IMG/VR virus record: IMGVR_UViG_3300029823_000374
Coordinates: 1-41,218 of that record
Length of the DNA: 41,218 nucleotides
Reading direction: 5' to 3' (one strand)
Source of the DNA: a virus
Lineage: Duplodnaviria; Caudoviricetes
Shown here: one piece after another, positions 29,107 through 37,488 of the stretch
Numbering within the stretch: the stretch's first letter is position 1
How the letters are laid out: each line of letters starts with the position of its first letter
Notes under the pieces: generated by a model
Database searches by the model: none
Told to the model about the DNA's origin: nothing
Seen by the model: only the letters and a program-made list of their open reading frames with translations
Translations under genes and position numbers: made by a program

Positions 29107-29439
29107 TTATCTCACCTGCCTTAAAGCACCCTTATGTCTTTTATAACAAGGTGCTGCCATTAATTCTTTATAATCATTATCAGATATATATTCTTTTGTT
29201 TTAAAAACCTGTAGTTGCTTTATGTATTCCTTATCTGTTGCTATTCTAATTAAATTCTGAACAAAATAAGGATTCTTAGGAAGTTGTCTATTAATTGCCA
29301 AATCTATAAGCATCTTAGCAATACCTACACTTTTTACATGTGTATGTCCTTCTTTAAATATTTTATTTGTATTTATAATTAAGTACTCATTACATACTGG
29401 AATTATTATAAAATTTTCTTTCTTATAGATCTGATTCAT
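29107..29439 (-). CDS. Conserved-looking clostridial phage protein, first gene after the late promoter
   Basis: Start reassigned to MNQIYKKENF (RBS AAGGAAGTG); IINTNK.FKEGHTH motif. Confidence 0.75.
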   Translation of the reverse strand: MNQIYKKENFIIIPVCNEYLIINTNKIFKEGHTHVKSVGIAKMLIDLAINRQLPKNPYFVQNLIRIATDKEYIKQLQVFKTKEYISDNDYKELMAAPCYKRHKGALRQVR

Positions 29440-29527
29440 TATTTTCACTTCCTTATAATTGCATAATAAAAAACACCTGGAAGCAACCAAGTGTCTCAAG
29501 AGCGTTTATTAAATTTTCTATATTACT

Positions 29528-29582
29528 ATTATATATCATCATTTTCAAAATGGAGTGACATTAAAGTGACAAAAAAGTGACA
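29528..29582 (-). promoter_or_regulatory. Late promoter with three activator-binding direct repeats
   Basis: AGTGACA x3 at an 11-bp period (29554, 29565, 29576) right after the activator stop; -10 TATAAT at 29528-29533. Confidence 0.75.
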
Positions 29583-29585
29583 TTT

Positions 29586-30008
29586 TTATAATCCCAAAGC
29601 TATAGCTATTTTTTTTAACGCTCTTTTCTTTATCCTCATACATTGCCTTTCGCCCATACAAACCTTATACGTAAATTCATAATAATACATTCCTTCTATA
29701 CATTTATATTCTATAACTTCCCTTTCAATATTGTTTAATGCTGCTAAGGCTCTGTCTATTTGTTCTACTTTTCTTTCCATAGTCCTTATTCTTCCATCAA
29801 GTAAAGCCAATTTGATAGCTGTGTTTTCCGTTTCGCTACTAAATTTATAAGTTTTGCTAGTAGCTTCTCTTGAGGTATCTATTCCAGAGCCAACATCATT
29901 TAAAACCTCATATTCTTCTTTTAAACTTTCAATACCTGCTTTTATACTCTTATAATTATATAACCACTTTTCAGTTTCTATTATTCTATCAAATTCATTG
30001 TTATCCAT
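29586..30008 (-). CDS. Late transcriptional activator (ArpU/RinA-like)
   Basis: C-terminal sigma-4-like HTH (LNNIEREVIEYK...RIKKRALKKIA); ATG 30008 with AGGAGG RBS. Confidence 0.85.
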   Translation of the reverse strand: MDNNEFDRIIETEKWLYNYKSIKAGIESLKEEYEVLNDVGSGIDTSREATSKTYKFSSETENTAIKLALLDGRIRTMERKVEQIDRALAALNNIEREVIEYKCIEGMYYYEFTYKVCMGERQCMRIKKRALKKIAIALGL

Positions 30009-30025
30009 ATATTGATACCTCCTAT

Positions 30026-30090
30026 TAATAAATAAAGGAAGAGATACCACTCCATTCCTGGAATAGTACCTCCTTAATAGGTCAGTGCTA
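30026..30090 (-). promoter_or_regulatory. Predicted terminator/antiterminator RNA switch upstream of the late activator
   Basis: 13-bp terminator stem overlaps an alternative UAGCAC-UGA-CC-loop-GG-AG-GUACUA hairpin. Confidence 0.55.
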
Positions 30091-30255
30091 TAATTTTTCT
30101 TTATATTTATTTATTAGATTTACACTTAAATCTCCATTTGTATGTTTTATATTCATTTCAAAATAATTCAAATCTCCTGCTTTTTCTGCAGAGTCTATTA
30201 CTTTATCTATTGTGGCATATATCTTCTCTTTTAGTTTTTTCTTATTTACTGCCAT
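30088..30255 (-). CDS. Small 55-aa protein (not in ORF track), candidate antitermination factor
   Basis: RBS AGAGGT; MAVNKKKLKEKIYATIDKVIDSAEKAGDLNYFEMNIKHTNGDLSVNLINKYKEKL. Confidence 0.7.
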   Translation of the reverse strand: MAVNKKKLKEKIYATIDKVIDSAEKAGDLNYFEMNIKHTNGDLSVNLINKYKEKL

Positions 30256-30272
30256 ATCTATTACCTCTTTTC

Positions 30273-30761
30273 TTAATATCCATTCTCCTGTCTTAAATAA
30301 TTCTCTTTATGTTTTTTATAGTAGCAGCTTTCCATTTCATCTAATGTAATTCCTAATACTAATCCAAGTGATATAACTATTCCTAAGACACCATCATTAT
30401 CTAATACTTGTGAAAAAGCGAATTCAAATCCATCTATAATGTCCTTATCCGTTGCTTGCATATTTTTTGAAAGTTCAGCAGCTGCTTCTAATCCTTGCTT
30501 GTCTATTTCTTTTTCCTTTAAATAATTTTCTAGGCTTAACGCAAAATGCAAGCAATCAGCAAATTCATCAAGTAACTTTTCTCTATTTATCTTTTTATCC
30601 TTCTTCCAATATTTAAAACCCTTCCATTCATTCGCTAACTCACCTAATTCAACCAACAGTGAAAGTCTTATATTTTCTAAAGGATATTGTGTAATTCCTG
30701 CATTTTTGAATATTGCAGTATCTAACTCTTTCTGATCTTCTAGCATTTTATCTAAATTCAA
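30273..30761 (-). CDS. Dimeric dUTPase (all-alpha)
   Basis: LLVELGELANEW.GFKYWK, LLDEFADCLHFALS, K..EN..RQ..GY. Confidence 0.92.
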   Translation of the reverse strand: MNLDKMLEDQKELDTAIFKNAGITQYPLENIRLSLLVELGELANEWKGFKYWKKDKKINREKLLDEFADCLHFALSLENYLKEKEIDKQGLEAAAELSKNMQATDKDIIDGFEFAFSQVLDNDGVLGIVISLGLVLGITLDEMESCYYKKHKENYLRQENGY

Positions 30762-30990
30762 TTTTATATCCTCCCTCTTTTAAAACATATCCATCCTCCA
30801 CTCCATGTCCACAACAGGCAGACACAACACCTGGAATAAAACCAAGACAAGCATCATATCCCTCCGGTGTTGGCATACATCCGCATCTTACACATGGCCT
30901 TTTTTCATTTTCTATGGGGGTACCATCTTCGTACACCCATTTACTATTTATATACTTTATCGGATTACCTCTTTCATATCCTGTAACCAT
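30748..30990 (-). CDS. Small Cys-rich phage protein
   Basis: RPCVRCG...GYDACLG.IPGV.SACCGHG. Confidence 0.75.
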   Translation of the reverse strand: MVTGYERGNPIKYINSKWVYEDGTPIENEKRPCVRCGCMPTPEGYDACLGFIPGVVSACCGHGVEDGYVLKEGGYKIEFR

Positions 30991-31006
30991 AAAATTTGCA
31001 CTTCCT

Positions 31007-31034
31007 TCTTCGTAAAAATACCGTATTACTTATT
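31007..31034 (-). repeat. dif/lox-like 28-bp site D
   Basis: AATAAGTAATA-CGGTAT-TTTTACGAAGA running into the RBS of the 30990 gene. Confidence 0.55.
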
Positions 31035-31061
31035 TATCATATTATCTGTATATATAGATAA

Positions 31062-31820
31062 TTAGATTTTATTTTTATCGACTTTTTCAAATTCAATTAC
31101 CCATATCCAAGGGTTACCACTCCAACTACTTGGCCATTTATAGCCACAACTATTCCATAAATACTTAAAAGCTTCTTTTGCAGTAGTTGGCATTTGTTGC
31201 CACCAAGTGCCTGCTTTTTTATGCTTATTGCAATAATCCATCCACCAATCATCATTAACAGCATATTTATAAACTTTTTCATCTTTCGTATAGCTCTTAA
31301 TTCCTTCTGCTTTTGCTTGATCTTCCGTAATGTCCTGCAGCCTTTGTGCTTTTATATCAGTAACTTTCAAAAATAATCTTGCTGCAACTTTTGGCATATG
31401 GATTGAAGGATGCCACTTGCTAGAAGAAATCATTTCAGAATTATCTAGTATAGTTCCATCTGCTTTATAAACATAGATTCCATAACCGTTATCATCATGT
31501 ATTCCATCATATTGAGTAGACCATGTTTCCCTTACATAGAGAATATCTCCAACTTTATAAGGTGCATAGGCTATTATGTCTTTGTCATGTGCTATATCTT
31601 CTATTGGGCCATCAAACCAAAAATCTTCACTCTCATTACCATATCTATCAACATTCGTAAGTGTATATCTTTTATATTTTTTGCCATTTTTTAAAGTTGC
31701 TTCACAATCTTTAATTGAAAGATTTTTTATAATTCTTCTAGTGCTTGTCTTTTGTCCTGCTAATATTGCCTTAACCATTTCAGTATTAAAAAGAATTGGC
31801 TTTTCAGTTGTCAAATTCAT
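31062..31820 (-). CDS. ASCH/PUA-like phage protein
   Basis: PILFNTEMVKAIL.GQKT.TRR, GDILYVRETW, WHPSIHMPK, RLQDITE..A.AEG, NPW.WVIEF. Confidence 0.85.
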   Translation of the reverse strand: MNLTTEKPILFNTEMVKAILAGQKTSTRRIIKNLSIKDCEATLKNGKKYKRYTLTNVDRYGNESEDFWFDGPIEDIAHDKDIIAYAPYKVGDILYVRETWSTQYDGIHDDNGYGIYVYKADGTILDNSEMISSSKWHPSIHMPKVAARLFLKVTDIKAQRLQDITEDQAKAEGIKSYTKDEKVYKYAVNDDWWMDYCNKHKKAGTWWQQMPTTAKEAFKYLWNSCGYKWPSSWSGNPWIWVIEFEKVDKNKI

Positions 31821-31826
31821 ACTTTT

Positions 31827-31991
31827 TCACCTCTCCATTTCTTCAACATCCGGACACAAAAACGGATCTGTAATCTTAGTTCCGTCTAGTAGCTTTTTTG
31901 TTTTATTTACCGCAACTCTTTCCGTTTTAGCCTCAAAAATTCTAAGTTGTTTTTCTCCGGTTTCATCTATCCAAGTTAATCTATATCTCAT
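31827..31991 (-). CDS. Small hypothetical protein (54 aa)
   Basis: Start reassigned to ATG 31991 (RBS AAGGAG). Confidence 0.65.
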   Translation of the reverse strand: MRYRLTWIDETGEKQLRIFEAKTERVAVNKTKKLLDGTKITDPFLCPDVEEMER

Positions 31992-32000
31992 CTTTTTACT

Positions 32001-32028
32001 CCTTCTTAAAATCTTTGTATTACGTCTC
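32001..32028 (-). repeat. dif/lox-like 28-bp site F
   Basis: GAGACGTAATA-CAAAGA-TTTTAAGAAGG contains the stop of the 32020 gene and the start of the next RBS. Confidence 0.55.
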
Positions 32029-32268
32029 AATTAGATTTTCTTTAGCATATTTAATACCAGCTTTTAAACAATCTTGAATATGGTCAAAAGATTCATTGTA
32101 TAAGGGTTCAGAATCGCTTAGCCTTGTTACATAGACCGTATAAGTTATAGGTGGCTTCAAGCCTTTTTCTATATCTTTTTTATACCCATTTTGCAATTGA
32201 TCAATGGTTTGATATTCTATAGAATATCCTTGCTTTGCTATATTTTCAATTTCCTCAAATATACCCAT
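32020..32268 (-). CDS. Hypothetical protein (single-gene cassette between sites E and F)
   Basis: 82-aa ORF, AAGGAG RBS. Confidence 0.75.
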   Translation of the reverse strand: MGIFEEIENIAKQGYSIEYQTIDQLQNGYKKDIEKGLKPPITYTVYVTRLSDSEPLYNESFDHIQDCLKAGIKYAKENLIET

Positions 32269-32281
32269 GTCTTTCTCCTTT

Positions 32282-32309
32282 ACTTCGTATAAATTTCATT
32301 TTACGTACT
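32282..32309 (-). repeat. dif/lox-like 28-bp site E
   Basis: AGTACGTAAAA-TGAAAT-TTATACGAAGT immediately before the RBS of the 32268 gene. Confidence 0.6.
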
Positions 32310-32321
32310 AACTTATACCTG

Positions 32322-32471
32322 TCAATTTTGATTTCTCTCTTTACTCTCCGCATATATAAAAGTGTTGTCCAAAATTTCAACTCTATAGCCTTTACTGCTG
32401 TACTTTTTAATTAACCTAATCTTATGTTTAAAATCTCTAAACCTAATACATACAACCTTAGCACCCAACAT
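32322..32471 (-). CDS. Small basic protein (49 aa, not in ORF track)
   Basis: RBS AGGAGG; MLGAKVVCIRFRDFKHKIRLIKKYSSKGYRVEILDNTFIYAESKERNQN. Confidence 0.65.
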   Translation of the reverse strand: MLGAKVVCIRFRDFKHKIRLIKKYSSKGYRVEILDNTFIYAESKERNQN

Positions 32472-32482
32472 AACTTAACCTC

Positions 32483-32881
32483 CTAAAATGGGATTGGATC
32501 TCCATCATCTACTGGAGTAAGTTCATCAGGATAATCTGGTTCTTTCTGCTTGTCTGATTTTTTACCCCACTCAAGAAACTGCACTTCATCAGCAATAACC
32601 TCAGTAACATATCTCTTAGTACCGTCTTTAGCTTCATAGCTCCTAGTTTGGATTCTTCCACTAATACCTATTAATCTGCCTTTGCTCATATAATTAGTAG
32701 TAGATTCAGCTTGTTTTCCCCATACAACGATAGGAACAAAATCTGCTTCTCTCTGTCCATCTTTTGAAGCTCTCTTTCTATCTACTGCTAGGGTAAAGGT
32801 ACAAACTGCTGTATCTTTACCTGGAGTAAATCTTAAATTTGGATCTTTAGTTAGTCTTCCTATTAAAACAACCTTATTCAA
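32483..32881 (-). CDS. ssb: Single-stranded DNA-binding protein
   Basis: MNKVVLIGRLTKDP...GRIQTRSY...acidic tail ending DPIPF. Confidence 0.96.
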   Translation of the reverse strand: MNKVVLIGRLTKDPNLRFTPGKDTAVCTFTLAVDRKRASKDGQREADFVPIVVWGKQAESTTNYMSKGRLIGISGRIQTRSYEAKDGTKRYVTEVIADEVQFLEWGKKSDKQKEPDYPDELTPVDDGDPIPF

Positions 32882-32894
32882 TATTCACACCACC

Positions 32895-33095
32895 TTATAT
32901 AAACTTTGCCTGTTGAAATTTCAATCCCCTGCTTTCTGTAATAGGAGATTTACTAGCTTTACTTTCCCATGTCTCAGCTATCTTCTTTAGTTCATCTTGT
33001 TTCCTTTCATTCTTAGTAACTCTTAGAGCCTGTTCAACGCTGTAACCCTTAAAATAAAGATTAACTACTTCATCTATATAATTGTTGTTATCCAA
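32895..33095 (-). CDS. Small hypothetical protein
   Basis: 66-aa ORF overlapping the helicase stop. Confidence 0.6.
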   Translation of the reverse strand: MDNNNYIDEVVNLYFKGYSVEQALRVTKNERKQDELKKIAETWESKASKSPITESRGLKFQQAKFI

Positions 33096-34449
33096 CTTTC
33101 ATTACCTCCTGTACTACCTCTGGTTCTTTCTTTTCATCTTTTTTAAATACAGAAGGATCAAAAGAACCCTCATGTACATAGTCCAAATTCCCTATTAGTT
33201 GGTATTTTGGCATCCATGCAAGCTTTATTGTCCCAGTTTCGCCCTCTCTTTGTTTAGCAACTATTGCTTCTAAAATGTTTTTATCTTCCGTATTAACGTT
33301 GTAGTATTCATCTCTATATAGGAATAAAACTGCATCTGCATCCTGTTCTAAGCTTCCTGAATCTCTTAAGTCTGATAACTTAGGCCTTTTATCTGGCCTA
33401 CGTTCTACATCTCTACTTAACTGGCTTAAAGCTATTACCGTTATATTCAATTCCTTAGCCATAAGTTTTAACTTCCTTGATATATCACTTATTTCTTGAT
33501 TCCTATTTTCCTTATTTAGTCCTTGAATTAGCTGCAAATAATCTATTATAACAACGTCTAAACCATTTTGAATTTTTAGCCTTTTACATTCTGCCATTAT
33601 TCCATTTAATGTCATTGTAACTTCATATAATTTAATGTTATCTGTAGCTAATAAACTAGAAAATTTAACAACATCCTTCCATTGCTTATCTGTTATTTTA
33701 CCGTCCCTTAAATCATAGCTGTCTATCCTTGCTAAGTTAGAAATCATTCTTTTTACTAAGCTTAAATTACTCATTTCCAAGGAAAACATTGCCACCTTCT
33801 TTTTAGATTTTAGAGCAATATTTGTTGTTAAATTCACAGCCATAACTGACTTTCCCATTGATGGTCTTGCACCTACAATAATGAACTGTTGTCCACATAA
33901 ACCACCCAGAATATCATCTAAATCAGTAAAGCATGTCTTAATACCATAAATGTCTGATTTATTTTTATACCTGTTTTCTAAGTCATTTAAAAACGTTTCT
34001 ACTGTCTCTGATATATCACCATTCTCTGATTTAGTTTTTAAATTCATTGTATTGTTTTGTAAAAATGATATAACATCTTGTGGATCTGATTCAGTTTCAA
34101 TTTTTTGTTGAGCTATTGCTAAATTTTTCTTTAGTGCCCTTAAAATAGATTTATTTTTCACTATATTTGCATAATCTTCAATATGATTAGCTACTGGAGA
34201 ATCTGCAAGACCAGCTAAATATGTTACACCTCCAACATCTTTCAATCTTGCACCTAATGATTCAGCTACTGTAGTAATATCTATTTGTTTTCCTGCTTCA
34301 AACATTTTCTTAAACTCTGAATATATTATTTTGTTAGCAGTATTACAAAAGTCATTAGGTTCTAACAAATCTATTATTTTACATATGTTATTATTGTCTA
34401 TTAAAACTAACCCCAAAATGTTGGACTCAGCTTCAAAGTTAGAAAGCAT
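33088..34449 (-). CDS. dnaB: Replicative DnaB-type helicase
   Basis: GARPSMGKS, FSLEMS, IIDYLQL, LSQLSR, DLRDSGSLEQDAD, AKQREG. Confidence 0.96.
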   Translation of the reverse strand: MLSNFEAESNILGLVLIDNNNICKIIDLLEPNDFCNTANKIIYSEFKKMFEAGKQIDITTVAESLGARLKDVGGVTYLAGLADSPVANHIEDYANIVKNKSILRALKKNLAIAQQKIETESDPQDVISFLQNNTMNLKTKSENGDISETVETFLNDLENRYKNKSDIYGIKTCFTDLDDILGGLCGQQFIIVGARPSMGKSVMAVNLTTNIALKSKKKVAMFSLEMSNLSLVKRMISNLARIDSYDLRDGKITDKQWKDVVKFSSLLATDNIKLYEVTMTLNGIMAECKRLKIQNGLDVVIIDYLQLIQGLNKENRNQEISDISRKLKLMAKELNITVIALSQLSRDVERRPDKRPKLSDLRDSGSLEQDADAVLFLYRDEYYNVNTEDKNILEAIVAKQREGETGTIKLAWMPKYQLIGNLDYVHEGSFDPSVFKKDEKKEPEVVQEVMKVG

Positions 34450-34451
34450 TT

Positions 34452-35252
34452 TTATCTACGCCTCCATTCTTTGTAAGCTCCTGCATTTTGTTTTTTATCA
34501 TATGTTGTAGTACCTTTTGCTGTAGTTTCATCTAAGTTCATTTCCAAGTAACCCTTATAAACTTGGTTCTGCCCTACAAAATTTGTACTTCTAACAATGT
34601 ACTGCTTGTCTGTAGTTTCTTTTTGTTTTAAATAAGTAATATAGTTGGTAGTGGCTTTCATTATATTTTCAAACGTTTCTCCTTGTTTTAACAGTTTATT
34701 GAAACTTTTAAAACTCTGCTGCTTGTTAAAACAATTTGGATATATTTCAAACCATTCTAAAAACTGATCTGTATACTTATTATCTTTAATAGATTTATCT
34801 TTTAATAGATTAATATTTTGTTCCGACTTTTGAGTCGTAACCTCTCCGACTTTTGAGTCGCAACCTTCCGATTTTTGAGTAGCACCTTCCGACTTTTGAG
34901 TCGTACCTTCTGATTTCCTTAATAAGTATTTATAATTTTCACCTATCCCATAAAAAGAATAGTTACCACCTCGCTTTTTTTGGAAATGTATTAACACTTT
35001 ACTATTTTCTAATTTCTTAAATCTTCTTCTTAAAGCATCTTTACTCTTTAAATTTATTATTGGAATACTTTCCATTAACTTGTCATATTTAACCCAGTAA
35101 TATGGCTTATTATTTACAATTTCAATAACCATATCACCACTATCTTTAAAATCTACAAAGTACCTTAAAATTAATGCATCTACAGCATCTAGTCCATACT
35201 CGATTAATTTCTCTTGACTAAAGCCATTTATAGTAAATTTCATTTTCGCCAT
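34452..35252 (-). CDS. Phage replication initiator (replisome organiser)
   Basis: N-terminal wHTH-like region, internal iterons, F.EWF.IYP C-terminal domain; upstream of the helicase. Confidence 0.85.
   Translation of the reverse strand: MAKMKFTINGFSQEKLIEYGLDAVDALILRYFVDFKDSGDMVIEIVNNKPYYWVKYDKLMESIPIINLKSKDALRRRFKKLENSKVLIHFQKKRGGNYSFYGIGENYKYLLRKSEGTTQKSEGATQKSEGCDSKVGEVTTQKSEQNINLLKDKSIKDNKYTDQFLEWFEIYPNCFNKQQSFKSFNKLLKQGETFENIMKATTNYITYLKQKETTDKQYIVRSTNFVGQNQVYKGYLEMNLDETTAKGTTTYDKKQNAGAYKEWRRR
34770..34915. repeat. Phage replication origin: iterons plus AT-rich tract
   Basis: TCCGACTTTTGAGTCG-like units at 34822, 34845, 34867, 34888 (partial at 34909); adjacent duplicated TATCTTT(T)AATAGATT. 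Confidence 0.8.
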
Positions 35253-35277
35253 TTTATCACGTCCTCGCTAGAGAAGC

Positions 35278-36036
35278 CTAAGCTGACTTCTCTAATGATT
35301 TATAACCATGTTGGATTAAGATTTTTCTTATATAATCTAATCCTTTTTGATATACAAGTGTTTTAAAACTTATATTTGTATCTCCATTTGGGAGATTATA
35401 TTTTTGTTCTATAACCCTAAAGTAACCACAATCTATATACCTTTGATAAGGTCTGTTATTATTCATTAAAATCTTTCTGTTTCTTAAAAACTCAAACAAT
35501 TTATTTCTACCTATCCCCATATTTAATGTTTTAGCAGCATCACCTATTGCTATAGCTTCCGTACTACCTGCAACTGCATCATAGAATTCAGCTTTAGGAA
35601 GCATTAATTTGTTTTGTGCTTCCAATTTATTCTTCTCTTCCTGCTCTTTAATCCATGCCCTAGCTCTTTTAATAGGATCTTTAATCATATAGCTATCAAG
35701 TTTTACTTTTACCCTAAAATAAGTTTCCTCTAATTCCTCATATACATCCCATGCTTCATCTGTATCTAAAATTTTTGCGTGTCTTGCTGCACCTCTGTCT
35801 GTCCATAGATATAAAACGGATACAAATTTTAGGCTTTCGTCATTTTGAAGAATGGCTTTAAAATCTTTCAATTCCTGACCTTGCAGTTTAAAATAATGTT
35901 TTCCTTCTTTAAACCTACAAATGTTGCGAATAAAGTTTTGACTAATAACTTTTTCATCAGTCCCATATTGCTCAGCTAAAAGTTTAGTAGTTATAATTCT
36001 TTGATTATTAAACTCTATTGGAACTAAATCGTTCAT
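35278..36036 (-). CDS. Antirepressor (ORF6N plus ANT/KilAC domains)
   Basis: RIITTKLLAEQY...F.EGKHYF.L...GAARHAKILDTD.AW; PKAEFYDAV...IGRNKLFEFLR...PYQRYID.GYF. Confidence 0.9.
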   Translation of the reverse strand: MNDLVPIEFNNQRIITTKLLAEQYGTDEKVISQNFIRNICRFKEGKHYFKLQGQELKDFKAILQNDESLKFVSVLYLWTDRGAARHAKILDTDEAWDVYEELEETYFRVKVKLDSYMIKDPIKRARAWIKEQEEKNKLEAQNKLMLPKAEFYDAVAGSTEAIAIGDAAKTLNMGIGRNKLFEFLRNRKILMNNNRPYQRYIDCGYFRVIEQKYNLPNGDTNISFKTLVYQKGLDYIRKILIQHGYKSLEKSA

Positions 36037-36084
36037 ACTTTGCTACCTCCTTGTAACTTTTATTAATATCTTGTAAAATTAAAC

Positions 36085-36157
36085 TTGAAATTACTGTAAC
36101 CATTGTAGTTTCAAGTTTGGTTGCTCTTGAATGCCAGTTCTTGAGTGACCTTTTATT
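36085..36157 (+). ncRNA. Predicted small antisense RNA upstream of the antirepressor
   Basis: TTGTAA-17-TAAAAT promoter (36051-36079), two hairpins with G-U pairs on the + strand, TTTTATT tail. Confidence 0.5.
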
Positions 36158-36189
36158 ATCCTTAGAATTAATTTAAACCACCTTCTCAT

Positions 36190-36447
36190 TTAATAAATTT
36201 TTCTTAAAGTACCATACTGATTATCTTCACTTTCTTTTATAGGTTCACTATTTTGTAATTCTTGTTGTTCCATCCATTTGTCTAGTGTTGCAATTCTAAA
36301 AAGCTTTCTGACACCACACTTAATACAAGGAATTTCATTCCTTTTGACCATTTCTAAAATCATCCAATAACTAACACCTATATATTTTGCTGCATCTTTA
36401 GCGTTTACTGTAGCTTGAATTACTTTCTTTATATCTTTACTAACCAT
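36190..36447 (-). CDS. Excisionase-like HTH protein
   Basis: VNAKDAAKYIGVS...MVK.NEIPCIK.G...LFR...LDKWM. Confidence 0.85.
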   Translation of the reverse strand: MVSKDIKKVIQATVNAKDAAKYIGVSYWMILEMVKRNEIPCIKCGVRKLFRIATLDKWMEQQELQNSEPIKESEDNQYGTLRKIY

Positions 36448-36566
36448 TGCAACTCCTCCTTTAAATTTTTATTTAATATCTAGATAATAAAATTTTAGCT
36501 TCTTTTAACTATTATGAACATGACCAATTTAGTCATTTTATAATTATCAAAAGTATGTTATAATTA

Positions 36567-37088
36567 TTATTTATTTGCCTTTAAATAACCTCTTTTAATA
36601 AGCTTATCTTTCTGAATTTGGAACATCTTTTTAATATCAATTGAATATTCCCTACACATAACTGCTATATAAATGGCACTTGCAACATATACATCTATTG
36701 TTTCTTGTATACTTTTTGCTACAACCTCCTTATCTGTAGAAGTACAACTATTAGGATTCTTATATGTCTTGATAAGATTTATAGCATTAATTGCTTCATC
36801 TAATTCCTCTATTACTTTTTCTTTTACAGAAGATCTGTGTAAATCTACTGCATTTCCATTTAGCCATGGTACAGAAAAAACTCCACCACATATTTCATTA
36901 ACAGCTTCCATATACACTTTTGGATCGCCCAATTTTTCGCAAATATTCTTAGCGTTCTCTTTTGTTATTCTTCTTCTTCCTGTTTCCATTGCACTTATTG
37001 TCTTATATGAGAGGAAACTCATTTGCCCTAAATCTTGTTGGGTAATGCCTTTTTCCTCTCTAACTTCTTTAATTGCTTCCCCCAACAT
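36567..37088 (-). CDS. XRE-family HTH regulator (early lytic)
   Basis: IKEVREEKGITQQDLG....S..TISAMETGRR plus a helical C-domain. Confidence 0.85.
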   Translation of the reverse strand: MLGEAIKEVREEKGITQQDLGQMSFLSYKTISAMETGRRRITKENAKNICEKLGDPKVYMEAVNEICGGVFSVPWLNGNAVDLHRSSVKEKVIEELDEAINAINLIKTYKNPNSCTSTDKEVVAKSIQETIDVYVASAIYIAVMCREYSIDIKKMFQIQKDKLIKRGYLKANK

Positions 37089-37235
37089 TTTTAAATCCCC
37101 CTGTAGAATTTAATTTTTATTCTTTTTATTAAGTAGATTTTAAATACTGTTTATCTACCTAAAACTTGGTTATAATATAAATATAGTTAAAATATAAATT
37201 TATTTGGTATAAGATTAAAAAGTATATAATTAATC

Positions 37236-37463
37236 TTATACTATTTTGCTAAGCTGTGTGCCTTTTTGACACGTACAATTTAAAAAAATATCATCATCCT
37301 TATAGTTAAATACTTTCTTTATATCTATTGCTACTTTAAGTGAAGGATTGTTTATACCTAATTCTATTTTTGTATAGAATGGTCTACTTATTTTTGCCGC
37401 AGTTGCAACTTGTTGCTGGGTATAGTTATTTTGTATTCTTATTCTCCTTAGTTTTTCTCTCAA
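37236..37463 (-). CDS. Cro-like XRE regulator
   Basis: TTG start 37463 (RBS GAGGTG); TQQQVA..AKISR.FY..IE.G..NPSL; divergent from the repressor. Confidence 0.88.
   Translation of the reverse strand: MREKLRRIRIQNNYTQQQVATAAKISRPFYTKIELGINNPSLKVAIDIKKVFNYKDDDIFLNCTCQKGTQLSKIV
37258..37272. promoter_or_regulatory. Distal operator at the end of cro
   Basis: GTGCC-TTTTT-GACAC fits the GTGYC-W5-GRCAC palindrome. Confidence 0.65.
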
Positions 37464-37488
37464 ATTTTTCACCTCTCTTTCTCTTTTC

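Noticed and set aside
32282-32291. TATACGAAGT is identical to part of the loxP arm
   Set aside because: Only 10 bp, with no second 13-bp arm or 8-bp spacer. Treated as generic tyrosine-recombinase arm similarity, not loxP or an engineered scar.
34822-34915. Regularly spaced repeats resembling a mini CRISPR array
   Set aside because: The gaps are only 5-7 bp, the repeats lie inside the initiator CDS, and no cas genes are present; these are iterons.
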